Assembly: GCF_001447785.1 (NCBI RefSeq)
Contig: NW_015160269.1
Span: 62,001-126,000 of the forward strand
Origin: Gekko japonicus
Taxonomy: Eukaryota
Direction of reading: 5' to 3'
DNA: 64,000 nt
Shown here piece after piece: positions 51,747-63,335 of the stretch; the stretch's first letter is position 1; every line of letters begins with the position of its first letter. The notes under the pieces were generated by a model, which was given only the letters and a program-made list of their open reading frames with translations, had not been told where the DNA came from and did not search any database. A program made the translations under genes and the position numbers.

Positions 51747-54096
51747 ACTCGGTGGAGGTACAGTACATGCTGCTTTTATTTGAAAAAATGGGCTTTGGCA
51801 CAAACTTCCTAAACATTCTTCGGTCTCTCTACTCTAATCTTGCATCTAGGGTTTGGATCAATGGGCAGCTATCTTACCCCTTCTATCCCTCAAGGGGAAC
51901 CAGACAAGGGTGTCTGCTCTCGCCCTTGCTCTTCACGCTCGCTGTAGAGCTATTGACAGAGGAGTTACGACAAAACAGGGAATTCAATGGCATCTACATG
52001 GGTGGTACTGAACATAAAGTTAATTTATATGCTGATGACTTGACATTGTATATCTCCAATCCGATTCAGTCCATAAGACACATCCAGCACATACTGTATG
52101 ACTTCGGGAAGATTTCAGGTCTACAAATAAGCCCAACCAAATCTGAACTGTACCCAGTATGGACTCAATCTGACACTCAAACACATTTGAAAAGACTTTT
52201 CCCTTATAAATGGGTCACAGATTCCTGGAGGCACTTAGGCATACAAATCCTGATTGATTTGAAAGACCTTTTGCGTTTCAATCATGTTAAATTATATAAG
52301 GACATTGGCTTACGATTAAAGGACTCTCTTAATTTTTTTCTTCCAGATCGCCTACACCTTATTAAAAGTTTCATCTTGCCAAGATTCCTGTTTCTATTCC
52401 GTACGCTGCCAATTCACATTCCTGAAAAACATCTTCATCTCTGGCAACGAAAGCTTACTTCTTTCCTGTGGGGGGAGGGAAATCCAGAGTTAATCAGAAC
52501 ATCATAATTAAACCTACCTCCTCAGGAGGATTAGATTTTCCATCACTTCGCACTTACCTTCATGTCTCAGCATTAGCTGTTGTTGTCCAGATGCAACAAC
52601 ATGATTCCCAACTGATATGGGTTCAGATGGAGCAAGATTATGCAAAACTCTTCACACTGCAGGAAATAGTATGGATGTCTCTGTCTCATTGTCCAAAATC
52701 ACTTCACAATAATCCTTTTCTCCTCACTGCTATTAAAATATGGGATCGCAGAAAGAAAAGGCTAATACCAGATATCTCCTCCTTATCTACTCTAATTAAC
52801 CAAGCATGGTTCCCTCCTGTGCAAGCAAGAGAGGCCTATGAAGTTTGGAGAATTCCAGGTTTTCCCCATCTAAACGATTTTGTCTCTCAAGGGAAGATAA
52901 GTGATAAAGCATACTTTGACTTACACTTGGACACACAACTACCCTCGCATTGATACTTACAACTAAAAAATTTAATGGAAACTCTTACATCCCAAGGGGT
53001 CTTTACCAAACCTAAATCAGCGAGCAGGTGCTATTATTGTATACCGATGGTCTCAAAGGGCTGATGGCCAAGCTATATAAGATATTATTAGACACTGACG
53101 GCAATCCTCCTCTGAAATACCAAATTCAATGGCAAACTGATCTTCAAATGGACCTAACAGAATCGCACTGGCAAAATATGGAACTCTCTGGCAAATACTT
53201 TGAAAGGTTTTAGCATTCGAATTCAGTCTTTCAAGACAATTGTTCGCTGTTACTACACCCCGGAAAGGTTGCATAAAATGAAACCTTCCCTTAGCCCTTT
53301 ATGCTGGAAAAACTGCGGTTACAGGTTCATTCTATCATTGCTGGTGGGAATGTCCTAAGATATACCCTTTTTGGTGTGAAGTCTTTAGTCAAATTAACTA
53401 AATTACTCTACTGAATTTGCCTACCTGTCCTGAAATGGCTCTTCTTAATCTTATGATCCCAGAAGCTGGAACTGCGGCTCTTAAAGAACTCACTTCGATT
53501 CTGCTTGCTGCAGCTAGAACAACAATCACACTGGTATGGAAAATAGCTACCTCACCAACTCTTCAGATGTGGAACAAGATTTGGGACCAATTCATTCTTG
53601 CCAAAATCACAAATGTTATCTAGCTATCTAACAGGGATACTTCTGCTTTTACTCGCTTTGATTCTATTTGGTTGCGGATGCTTCAATTCATGTTGGAGAA
53701 GAATATACTTCTTGCAAACACCTCTTACCACTCATGGATATGCCCATGACTCAAATTTGACTTATAGGGTTGTCACAGTCTCTTATAGCAGCTAGAACCC
53801 AATGCCTGTCTTATATAACTCTTGTACAATATCCAGCCTTGTTTATAAATGCAGTGCTTAGTCAATACAGATGAGAGGTGGCAAGTCATATGCATGAATG
53901 TAGTCACTAAGTTTATTTTTTTTTTTTTTGTTTTAAACTGCTGACAAGCTGTTAGCTTGTCTTTTTTTTTTTTGAATAATTTTTTATTTGCATCATAAAT
54001 TATTGTTACATTACTTTACTATCCCAATTCTCTTATGATACGTTTTCCCCCTTTTATGTCCCACCCCCCACAAGGTGAGCATCACATAACTACAAA

Positions 54097-57000
54097 TTAA
54101 ATTTTTAACCATGAGCACATTTTTTTCAATTTTTCAAGTATAACGGAATTAGCTTCTCCATTGTTTACCCACTGAAAGTATATAGACCATTTCTTTTTTA
54201 TCTCCTTCATTTTTCCATCCCATACCTTATTTTGTTTAATACATTCCAATATATCTGACTGGATATATTCGTATAAATAATCGTTCCATCTATCTAAAGA
54301 CCACTTCAAACTCTCCTTCCAACCATATGCAATCACAGCATGCGCTGCTAGTAACATTGCTTTAAAGATTTCCTGATTTTGTCTCTCAATGTTACCATTT
54401 CCCATTATGCCCATAAATAATAAATCTCCATCTATTTTAAGATCCACTTTACATAACCCTACTATCTTTCCCCGTACCTTTTCCCAGAAATCTCTAACCC
54501 TTGGGCATTCCCACCACAGGTGAGAGTACCACCCTTCCTTTGCACCACAGTGCCAACAATTAGGTTTCATACCTTTAATCATGTATGCCAATTGGGCAGG
54601 GGTTCTATACCATTTCCAAATTATCTTTCTTTCAAGCTCTCTATATTTTTCTAATTTAATTTTCTTCAAATTCACCATTAGTTTATTGATGTCGTCAGAG
54701 ATTATTTGTTTTTCTTTATTCCATTTATTTTTTAAGGTTCTTAATATAAACTCCTTATCTTTCACCAATTCAAGGTAAATTTTCCCTGCTAATCCTTTCC
54801 TTATTTTATCCACATATAATACCTGTTCTAAATTGTTGTCTTCCCTTTTTATAGCTTCTATATACCTATCTTGTTTAACCAAGTGTGATAGTCCCCTTAG
54901 ATTTAACCAATAATTTTCCCCTATTCTTTGATTCAGCTCCTGAAGTGGTAGGAGATTCCCTTGAGAATTGTACATATCCTTAACTCTAGTTATGCCTTCC
55001 CCCTTAAGGGCTTTCCAGAATTTCGCATTCATCTCCTCCTCCCAAATATACTTAAGTGGGATCCACTTTGAAGTCTGGGGCAACAGAATCGTCCTACACT
55101 TCTTCCAAGTCATCAAAGCTGATTTTCTTGGACCCATTGCTTTTCCTATCTCCTTTCGCAAATCTCTAGTGTATATTCCATAGCTACCCACCCCCTTATT
55201 AATTGCTGATTCAAATCTTACCCATTTATCCTCCACCATCCATTCCATCGCCATTAGTGCCTTCAACTGAAATGCGTCATAATAGGCTTGTAAGTATGGT
55301 AGTCCCCATCCCAAATCATCTTGAGGCATATACACCAATTTTTTTGATATTCTTGCTTTTTTTCTACCGAACACCCAGCTTTTAATCTTTTCATCCCATT
55401 TCCCTAATACTTTCTGGTCAATTTCTATTGGGAGTACCTGAAATAGGTATAACATCTTTGGTAATAGGAACATTTTTGCTGCTCTAATTTTCCCCAGAAT
55501 GCTCAGATGTTTGTTCTTCCATTCCTTCATTTTCTTTATTATCTTTGACCAGGTCTTACTGTAATTAATTTTATGTAACCTCTCTGTATTTTTGTCAAGA
55601 TATACTCCTAGATACTTAATTTTGCTAACATCTGATTTCATCCCTGTTAAAGCTAATATCTCACTTTTAGTATCCCTATCTACATTGAGAAACATTATTT
55701 CAGATTTTTTAATATTAACGCCAAGCCCCGAAATTAACTTGAAATCCTCTAGAATAATTAGCAATTCTCTTATTGCCTGCAATGGGTTAGTTAGTGTCAG
55801 TAAAATATCATCCGCAAAGAGGTTTAATTTAAGTTCTTCCTTAGCTATTTGGAATCCCTGAATTCTGCCACTATTTCGAATCCTATCTGCTAGAGGTTCC
55901 ATTGCCAATGCAAATAACATTGGGGATAGTGGGCAGCCTTGTTTTACTCCTCTCTGAATTAAAATTTCTCTAGTATGCCCTCCATTTATCCTAATTGCTG
56001 CTTTGCCATCCCTATATATTTCCCTTATTGTATTTAGGTATAGTCCACTGAATTCAAATTTTTCCAATACCTGCATTAGATAATTATGATTTAAGGTATC
56101 GAATGCCTTGTATACGTCTAATTTTAATAAAGTTAAATTTTTCTTATTTTTGCAAAATAAGGCATTTAATATATTTCTCAACGGGTGGGCTATAGATCTA
56201 TTTTTAACAAAACCATATTGGTCCTCCTTAACTAGTTTTGGCAGAATATTTTCCAGTCTATTGGCTAACACTTTTGCGAAAATTTTATAGTCCTGATTCA
56301 TTAAACTAATCGGTCTATACGAATTTACATCCAAAGGGTCCCTCTGGGGTTTTAATATTGGCACTATTTCAGCTTTCTTCCATGAATCTGGGGTTTTACC
56401 GCCTTCTAATATATAATTAAACAAACTTTGCATTTCTGGGATCAGCAGGTCCGCCATTTCCTTATAGTATTCCCCCGTGAATCCATCCAATCCAGGTGAT
56501 TTCCTATTTTTTAATCTCTTTATTACTTCTGCTATTTCCTGCCTTGTAATTTCTTTATTTAAGTTTTCCCTTTGTTCCGTTGTTAATTGCTTATCCAATT
56601 GTTCCTCAAATTTTTGACTTTCCCCAGAATTAAACAATTGTTGATAAAATTTAGCAAATTCCTCTCTTATGTAATCATTTTTGTAAAGCTTTTTTCCCCC
56701 ATCCCCCTTAATACATCCTATTGTTTGCTTTTCCTTTCTTATCTTTAAATAATTGGCCATTCTTTTCATTGTGTTTATATTAGTTCTTTGGTATTCATTT
56801 TTCACTAGTATTTCTTTTTTCCACAAAGATAGGGAGTCTAAGTTCTCTAAATCTTTTTTAAGTTTTTTAAGAATTTCTTGAGTCTCACTACTATAATTTT
56901 CCTGAAGTTCCTTTTGTTTTTGTCTAATTTCGCTTATTTTTCTCTTTCTTTCCTTATTATTTTCCCTACCAATTCTAATTTCTTTAGCTATATAGGCCCC

Positions 57001-57834
57001 CCTTATGACTGCTTTAGCCGCATCCCAGATCACTTCTTTCGGAGCTGAGTCCCTATTCTCTCTAAAGTACATTTCTATGTCTCTTCTTATGTCCATCCGG
57101 TCTTTTTCTGTTAGTTGAATATTGGGCTTAAATTTCCAAATTTTTCCTTTCTGTTCTTCATTTAATTTAAATTGTGCTATCAAAGGAGCATGGTCCGAGA
57201 TCCATATAGGCTTAGTTTCGGTATTTACTACCTCCATCTCATTTGTTTCCTTTACTAAAATGTAATCTATATGTGAAAAGGTCTTAAATCTGTTTGAGAA
57301 ATATGTAGGTTGTAAAGTTTCCCCCCCATAAGAAAATACATCTTTCAATTTCCACTTTTTAAGCTTTAAAGTTTTACTTTTCCTGAGATCATAATTAATA
57401 TCTCCTGCCACTATTAAATTCCCCTCATAGAAGTTCTGTAATCTCTGGAATATTTTATTTAAGAATTTTAGTTGGCCTGTGTTCGGTCCATATATAGAGG
57501 CCACTGTAAATTTCTTATTATTCAACTTAAATTTCAGAAAAACATATCTCCCTTCTGAGTCAGATATTTGGTCCAATATTTCCATTTTTAGATCAATATG
57601 TGCAAGAATTGCAACTCCTCTTGCCTTCCTAGTTCCTCTCGCTTCCCCCTTTACTTCCCATAATGGTGAATTTAACAAAGGTTTTTTGTCTTTTTTGCCT
57701 TTGTGGGTTTCCTGCAAACATACTATATTTATCCCTTGTTTATTAATCATCTTTTTTAATCTGTACCTCTTTAATTCCGAAGCCAAACCGTTTATATTCA
57801 AAGAAAGTAAATTAATTTTCTCAACCATTTTCAT
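54097..57834 (-). CDS. L1 ORF2p (APE endonuclease, reverse transcriptase, CCHC), 1245 aa
   Basis: Endonuclease: SLNINGL, CLQETH, SIYGPN, AGDIN, HIDYIL, SDH. RT: KSPGLDG, YRPISL, KAFD, QGCPLSP, LFADD, KYLGV. CCHC: CWHC..HLWWEC. Confidence 0.97.
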   Translation of the reverse strand: MKMVEKINLLSLNINGLASELKRYRLKKMINKQGINIVCLQETHKGKKDKKPLLNSPLWEVKGEARGTRKARGVAILAHIDLKMEILDQISDSEGRYVFLKFKLNNKKFTVASIYGPNTGQLKFLNKIFQRLQNFYEGNLIVAGDINYDLRKSKTLKLKKWKLKDVFSYGGETLQPTYFSNRFKTFSHIDYILVKETNEMEVVNTETKPIWISDHAPLIAQFKLNEEQKGKIWKFKPNIQLTEKDRMDIRRDIEMYFRENRDSAPKEVIWDAAKAVIRGAYIAKEIRIGRENNKERKRKISEIRQKQKELQENYSSETQEILKKLKKDLENLDSLSLWKKEILVKNEYQRTNINTMKRMANYLKIRKEKQTIGCIKGDGGKKLYKNDYIREEFAKFYQQLFNSGESQKFEEQLDKQLTTEQRENLNKEITRQEIAEVIKRLKNRKSPGLDGFTGEYYKEMADLLIPEMQSLFNYILEGGKTPDSWKKAEIVPILKPQRDPLDVNSYRPISLMNQDYKIFAKVLANRLENILPKLVKEDQYGFVKNRSIAHPLRNILNALFCKNKKNLTLLKLDVYKAFDTLNHNYLMQVLEKFEFSGLYLNTIREIYRDGKAAIRINGGHTREILIQRGVKQGCPLSPMLFALAMEPLADRIRNSGRIQGFQIAKEELKLNLFADDILLTLTNPLQAIRELLIILEDFKLISGLGVNIKKSEIMFLNVDRDTKSEILALTGMKSDVSKIKYLGVYLDKNTERLHKINYSKTWSKIIKKMKEWKNKHLSILGKIRAAKMFLLPKMLYLFQVLPIEIDQKVLGKWDEKIKSWVFGRKKARISKKLVYMPQDDLGWGLPYLQAYYDAFQLKALMAMEWMVEDKWVRFESAINKGVGSYGIYTRDLRKEIGKAMGPRKSALMTWKKCRTILLPQTSKWIPLKYIWEEEMNAKFWKALKGEGITRVKDMYNSQGNLLPLQELNQRIGENYWLNLRGLSHLVKQDRYIEAIKREDNNLEQVLYVDKIRKGLAGKIYLELVKDKEFILRTLKNKWNKEKQIISDDINKLMVNLKKIKLEKYRELERKIIWKWYRTPAQLAYMIKGMKPNCWHCGAKEGWYSHLWWECPRVRDFWEKVRGKIVGLCKVDLKIDGDLLFMGIMGNGNIERQNQEIFKAMLLAAHAVIAYGWKESLKWSLDRWNDYLYEYIQSDILECIKQNKVWDGKMKEIKKKWSIYFQWVNNGEANSVILEKLKKMCSWLKI

Positions 57835-57885
57835 TTGAACCTTTTATATATTTGTGCTCATTTCCATCCTTTTTTTCTTTAGTGC

Positions 57886-58764
57886 TCACCCCCANNNNNN
57901 NNNNNNNNNNNNNNNNNNNNNNNNNNNNNNNNNNNNNNNNNNNNNNNNNNNNNNNNNNNNNNNNNNNNNNNNNNNNNNNGACTCTCCTTCGTCTTCACTG
58001 CTAGTAGTAGTGTTGTTGAGGCTTTCCTGTGTCTCAAGATCTTGGTCCTCCAGATTTCCTGGGTCTAATGATGCTGTACTGACTCCCAGTCTCTCCAACA
58101 TTCTTCTTGCCTCTTCTGGGTTTTTTGCACGCAGCAGTTTACCTTCTCTGAATACCAAAATCACCGCTGGGTAACCCCATGTAAACAATATACCATTGTC
58201 AAAAAGCTTCTGGGTGTAAGGTTTCAACATTGCTCTTTGCTGCAGCGTCTCTGGAGAGAGGTCCTGTCTTATAATCACTTTGGATCCATTAAATTGCAAG
58301 TCCTTCTGTACTTTTAAGCTTTTATAAATATTGTCTCTTGTTTTTTCTCTTGCAAATGCCATAATAACCTCTCTTGGCTTTGTTCCTGGACCTGGTCTTG
58401 GACGAAGTGCTCTATGTGCTCTTTCAATTTCCTCCGGCCCGATTTTAATTCCACACTGTTGAAACCACTCAATGAGCTTTCCTTCAAGGTCTTTCTGTGC
58501 TATATCTTCTGGAATTCCTGATAAACGAATGTTTCTTCTCCTTTGACGGTCGTTTACAGAAGCTAATCTGTTAGTTAGCTCCTTAATTTTATTCTCATTC
58601 AATTCGGCCTTCTGAGCTGCTTTATCAGCCGTAATTTTTATGCTCTTAATTTCTGAGGCCATCTGTCTCAAGTCTTTCTTCAAAGCTTTAATATCACCCC
58701 TAACATTCTGTTCCAAGGTGGTAATTAACTGCGTTAAGTCTTTCAGTTCTTTTTTCGTCGCCAT
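57886..58764 (-). CDS. L1 ORF1p (coiled coil, RRM, CTD); C-terminus falls in an assembly gap
   Basis: Heptad N-terminus, RRRNIRLSGIPE, IERAHR, IRQDLSPETL and FTWGYP. ATG at 58764. Confidence 0.93.
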   Translation of the reverse strand: MATKKELKDLTQLITTLEQNVRGDIKALKKDLRQMASEIKSIKITADKAAQKAELNENKIKELTNRLASVNDRQRRRNIRLSGIPEDIAQKDLEGKLIEWFQQCGIKIGPEEIERAHRALRPRPGPGTKPREVIMAFAREKTRDNIYKSLKVQKDLQFNGSKVIIRQDLSPETLQQRAMLKPYTQKLFDNGILFTWGYPAVILVFREGKLLRAKNPEEARRMLERLGVSTASLDPGNLEDQDLETQESLNNTTTSSEDEGEXXXXXXXXXXXXXXXXXXXXXXXXXXXXXWG

Positions 58765-59445
58765 TTTCAATGCCTCTTGCTTCTCTCCCTTTCACCAGCC
58801 TTGTTTCTAGGGAGCACAGAGGTAAAAAAATGTCTCTCACCTTGAAATTTTGCTCCAAGCCGAGACTTTCTGGTTCTCCCCCACCTTCACAGATGTTTCA
58901 GGGTGTTTAGCAAAGTTTATCTTTCTTTTTGGCAGCTTAATAGTAAACTTATCCGGGAGGCAGCTTGAGAGCGTCTTAATCGGGTTGACGCATGCGCAAT
59001 TCCCCTAGTCACTAAGTTTATAACCCGTCCTTATGGTTCATAGGTTGGTCATGTTGTTTCTGCAGTTACTGTGGTTTGTTTTTGTATTTATCTGTTTGTG
59101 TATATTAACAAAAGTTAAAAAAACTTTTGTGGGGGAGGAGCTCCCATTATTAAAAGCTATGCAGTGTGCAGAAAACCAGAATGTGAAATACACAGATACT
59201 CTAGGTGGTCCTTCCCTTGGTAGACTGTGCTCTACCTTCTGTCCTCTCCTGGATTACACCATTGATTTTCAACTGGTAGGTCATGACCTGACCCAAGATG
59301 GATCAAACACAACTTTCTCGCCTTCCTACTTCCACTGAAACCCATAGTGCTCCTTCAAATGCTGCTTCTAGAAAACTGGGACTTCAGGGAATAGCATTTC
59401 AGAAGTAGGGATGGGCATGAACTGGCTCAAGAACAAAAGAATGTG

Positions 59446-61805
59446 CTGACTTCCGGTATGGCGTAGTGACGGGCAGCCGCGGCCGCGTTGAGCGCCGAGA
59501 CGCCCGAGTCCTTTTGCGCCTCTCAGGAGCCCCCTGGTTGCCGGGTGGGCTTCGCTGATCCTCCCGGAGAGAGGATTAGCAGCAAAGGGCTTTGTGGTGC
59601 CCCCCCCGAATCGGCAAATGAGGGTGTGTCTGCTACCGCCCTGAAGCAGGAGCACTCAATGGAAGAAGCATGGTCACCATGTTTCTACTAGCTACGGCCA
59701 TCCGTCTTTTTAATTTGGTGGGATCATAAACAGGAACAGAGCTAAAGAAAGTACATTGTAAAAAGAAGAAGAAAGATTGTGCACGAACGATGTTTCCTTT
59801 TGTCTTTTGGATAATGGACTGATTACCCCAAGCAGCTGGCTCCAATGATGAAGAAGATGGCCGGGAAAATGGACAGCAGCAGAGATTGATTAAGAAGGAG
59901 GGGTAAGAAAGTTTACATTGCTTGAACTGTTGTGCTGCTGGGAGGGATAAACGATAAGAAGTGAAAAAGCTACAAATTTTAAAAATCGTGTACGGAAGAT
60001 GAGTGAGCATGGAAAAATGGAGGAAGAAATAGAGGAGGATGAATTGGAGACTTGACTTAGGAACAATTCTCGAATTTTTTAAGGCGAGAAATAAAACAAG
60101 CAGTTAACATTGCATGTAACAACTTAATGAAAGACTACCAAAGATCAGACCAAGATGAGAACATAAAAGAAAGGCAGGCTCAGGGATTTATGGAAGTCCA
60201 AAGTGACAATCAAGAGAAGATAAGAGAATCTCAAATCAGTAATGTGATTAAAACCTGTGTCCTGGGGAAGGAAGTGACAAAAAAACCTATATTTGAAAAA
60301 GAATGTGAAGGAGAGAAGGAAAAGGAAAAGAAAGGCTCCGGTAAAGAAAATTAAAGTGGAAAAAAGAATGGTGACTGACCCCGCAAAAAACTGAAGATGT
60401 GGCTTTGAATTGGGAATTTGTGAATATAAATCTGCAAGACACTTGAGTGAAGTTCAGAGGGAAAAAGAAATGTTAGAAAGAGGAGAAAAAAAGGGAAAGG
60501 CAAAAATTATGTTGGATGTGATGTGGTTATTTTTATTATGTTTTGGATACAATGGCTGAAAAGGGGAAAAATGGATTTTCTTAAAGCAAATTTGGTATAA
60601 AGGCAATGAATTTGTAATTTAATTTGGATGATGTGATTTATAGCTATGTTTCTATTTTAAAGCAATGAATTTGTAATTTAATTTGGGTGATTTGTGTTAG
60701 GGAAGAAAAAAAAGGGAAAGGTAAAATTATGTTGGACATGAGGTAGCTGTTCTTATTATGTCCTGGATACAATGTTGAAAAGGGGGAAAATGGGTTTATT
60801 TAATGCAAATTTGGTATAAAGGTAATGAATTTGTAAAGTAATTAGGGTGATTTGATTTAAATATGTGCTATTAATTTAAGGTAATGAATTTGTAATTTAA
60901 CTTGTGTGATTTGATTTATAGGTGTGCTATTAAGTTATTTAAGTCTATTTATTATTATTTGATGAGTATGGATGAAAATAAGTGTATGAATGGACTTAGG
61001 TTAGGTTATATTTTGGTAGTGGATAGGGGTTAGCACAGGAGATGGGGTAGAGACAAGGAATTTAGTAAACTAAGAAAATATGAATATTATGGGCCTTTTA
61101 TTTCTTTGGTTTGTTTTTTGGTTTGTTTTTTATAGGCAGATATTGCTTTCCTTTTTACTGCTGGACTGAAAGAAAACATAATATCAGAAAAGAGGGTCAG
61201 AAGGAGGTCTTTGTATAGATAATGGAAGTGCTAAAACATCTTAAACATAAATTAACTGAAATTATAAGAGATAATTAAATGTTGATATAAGGGTTGATTA
61301 GGAGGTAGATTCTTTTGATTTCAGAATATCAATCATGTAAGATAATTGTAATTAGTTATGTAAGTTAACAATATGTGGTTTCCTAAAATATATGGATAAG
61401 TCAAGAGAAGGTGAAACTATCTGAACATAAAATATGGTTATAAAATCTTAATGGTATATCTGGTTCATTAGACATAGTGTGAATATAAATAAATATGAAT
61501 TGTTAACTTCTAGGTAGCACAAATAGAGAGAAAGGAATTACTTTTGCAATTAGATGGGCATTATTAAGCCGGTTTGATAGTAACATTATTGATACTAATG
61601 GAATTGTAATTTAAATCTACTATAAACTTTGTTGTTAAAGTAATGTATAAAATCTTATAATCGTGCCGTAAATTACTGGATAGGAAAAGGATAAAGAGGA
61701 AAGGATGGAGTTATTATTCCAGAATGAAATGTTACAGTGTACATGATATTTGTATATCCCATTGTGTGTTTGTCTGTTGAAAAATGAAAATAAACTGTTA
61801 AAAAA
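59446..61805 (+). mobile_element. 2.36-kb non-coding retroposon with L1-type insertion hallmarks
   Basis: Perfect 17-bp TSD AAGAACAAAAGAATGTG (59429-59445, 61806-61822). CpG-rich 5' end CTGACTTCCGG, and AATAAA at 61789 followed by an A-tail. No sense-strand ORF longer than 75 aa. Confidence 0.85.
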
Positions 61806-62971
61806 AAGAACAAAAGAATGTGACAAATTTTGGGTGATTTATGGTTCATGAACTGAAGTTTGTGGCAGGTCAACCCGCACAAACTTTCAAGTAGAAAGTG
61901 GTTAGTGAATGGATACATTTCCAGACAAACAAAACGTTTACCAAACTTCAAAGCAACAGATGGGTGATGGTGGAATTCTTCAGCCTTGGAAACACTGTTG
62001 TCAGTTTCAAACTAGTCTTGTCAGTTTCAAGAGGATTTTTTCTCCCTTTGCCCATGTTCCTTTGTGTTCCCTTCCCATTTTCTTGCACAGAGCTTGCAAA
62101 ATCCACCCCCACTTGGATTTGTTGTGACTCTGTGCTTTGAGAGCAGTCCTTTTATACTTCACTGCCAGCGGCACTGGGTTCTGCTGGGCATTCTGCACAT
62201 TGTAACTGGTTATACTGGACTTGCAAAATCTCTCCCACCCCCAATTTCTTGTGACACAGTGCTTTGAGATCAGTCTTTTTAAGCTTGCAGTGCCACAGTG
62301 TCATTGAGTTCTGCTGGCATTCTATACACTTAACTGGTTGTGCTGGGCTTGGAAAAATGTCCCTCTCCCTCAGTTTGTACTGCAGGGATTCTCTGGTTTG
62401 ACATTAGTTCTCTTTTACTTGCATTGCTACAGTGGTACTGGGTTCTGCTGGGTATTCTGCAACTGAACTGGCTGCAAATCCTACCTTGCTTGGATCATGA
62501 TTCTGTACTTCACATTAGTCCTCTTGAGCTGGCATTGCCACAGTGGCACTGGATTCTGCTGGGCATTCTTTGATTGCATTGGTTCTGCTGGCCTTACAAA
62601 AATGCCCCCTCTTCAGTTTCTACTGCAGAGATTCTGTGGCTTGACCTTAGTCCTATTGGGTTTGCACTGTCACAGTGGCACTAGTTCTGCTGGGCACATT
62701 GCACTGGTTCTGCTGGGGTTGCAAAAATGCCCCCCTTCAGTTTCTACTGCAGGGACTTTGATTCTATTCTGCTGGGCTTCTATTGCCCTTGGGGGGTTTC
62801 GCTGGTTTTTTCCCCTGCATTGAAAGCAATGGAGGATGGGGGCACCTTCTTTGGGGGGCCATAACTTGGATCTAAAAAATCCAGTCCTCACCAAACTTAG
62901 AGAATAGGTAGAGGAGAATCAGCTAGAGATCCCCCTGTGAGTTTGGTGTCTCTAGCATGCTGGGGGGCATT

Positions 62972-63335
62972 CTACTCATTCAGCAGCAGAAGGAATAAGG
63001 AGGCTATCGAGTAGATGCCTGCTGCCTCAACAAAGGCCTGGCAGAACTGATCCATCTTGCAGGCCCTGAAAAACTGTAATAGGTCTCGCAGGGCTCTGAT
63101 CTCAATTGGAAGCATGTTCCACCAGGCTGGGGCCAGGGCTGAAAAAGCCCTGGCCCTGGTTGAGGCTAGGCAGGCATCTTTCAGGCTGGGGACAACCAGC
63201 AGATGACTATCCGCAGAGTGCAAGGCTCTTTGGGGCACATATGGGGAGAAGTGGTCCTGTAGATATGTCAGTCCCAGGCCGCATAAGGCTTCAAAGGTCA
63301 GCACCAGTACCTGGAAGCAGATCCGGTACTTGATT
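62972..63335 (-). mobile_element. L2 LINE ORF2 3' fragment
   Basis: IKYRICFQVLVLTFEALCGLG.TYLQD..RALHS..LL.VP..RAFSALAPAWWNMLP.EIR is a typical L2 C-terminus. Confidence 0.9.

Larger units (their letters stand above)
53917..59005 (-). mobile_element. Full-length, apparently intact L1 LINE
   Basis: Perfect 16-bp TSD TAGTCACTAAGTTTAT (53901-53916, 59006-59021). 5' end GGGGAATTGCGC, then ORF1, an uninterrupted ORF2, AATAAA and poly(A). Confidence 0.97.
47780..59123 (+). mobile_element. Decayed 5'-truncated L1-clade LINE hosting several nested insertions
   Basis: ORF1 C-terminus (LVFPDVPQE..LREANIRYRW) to 48162, then a ~950-bp spacer. ORF2 from ~49122: SVNIRG, MQETH, LYAPN, RIDY; RT RQGCLLSP and LYADD at ~51900-52040; CWKNC..HCWWEC at ~53300. 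The 3' UTR resumes after 59021 and ends in an A-rich tail at ~59123. Confidence 0.9.
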
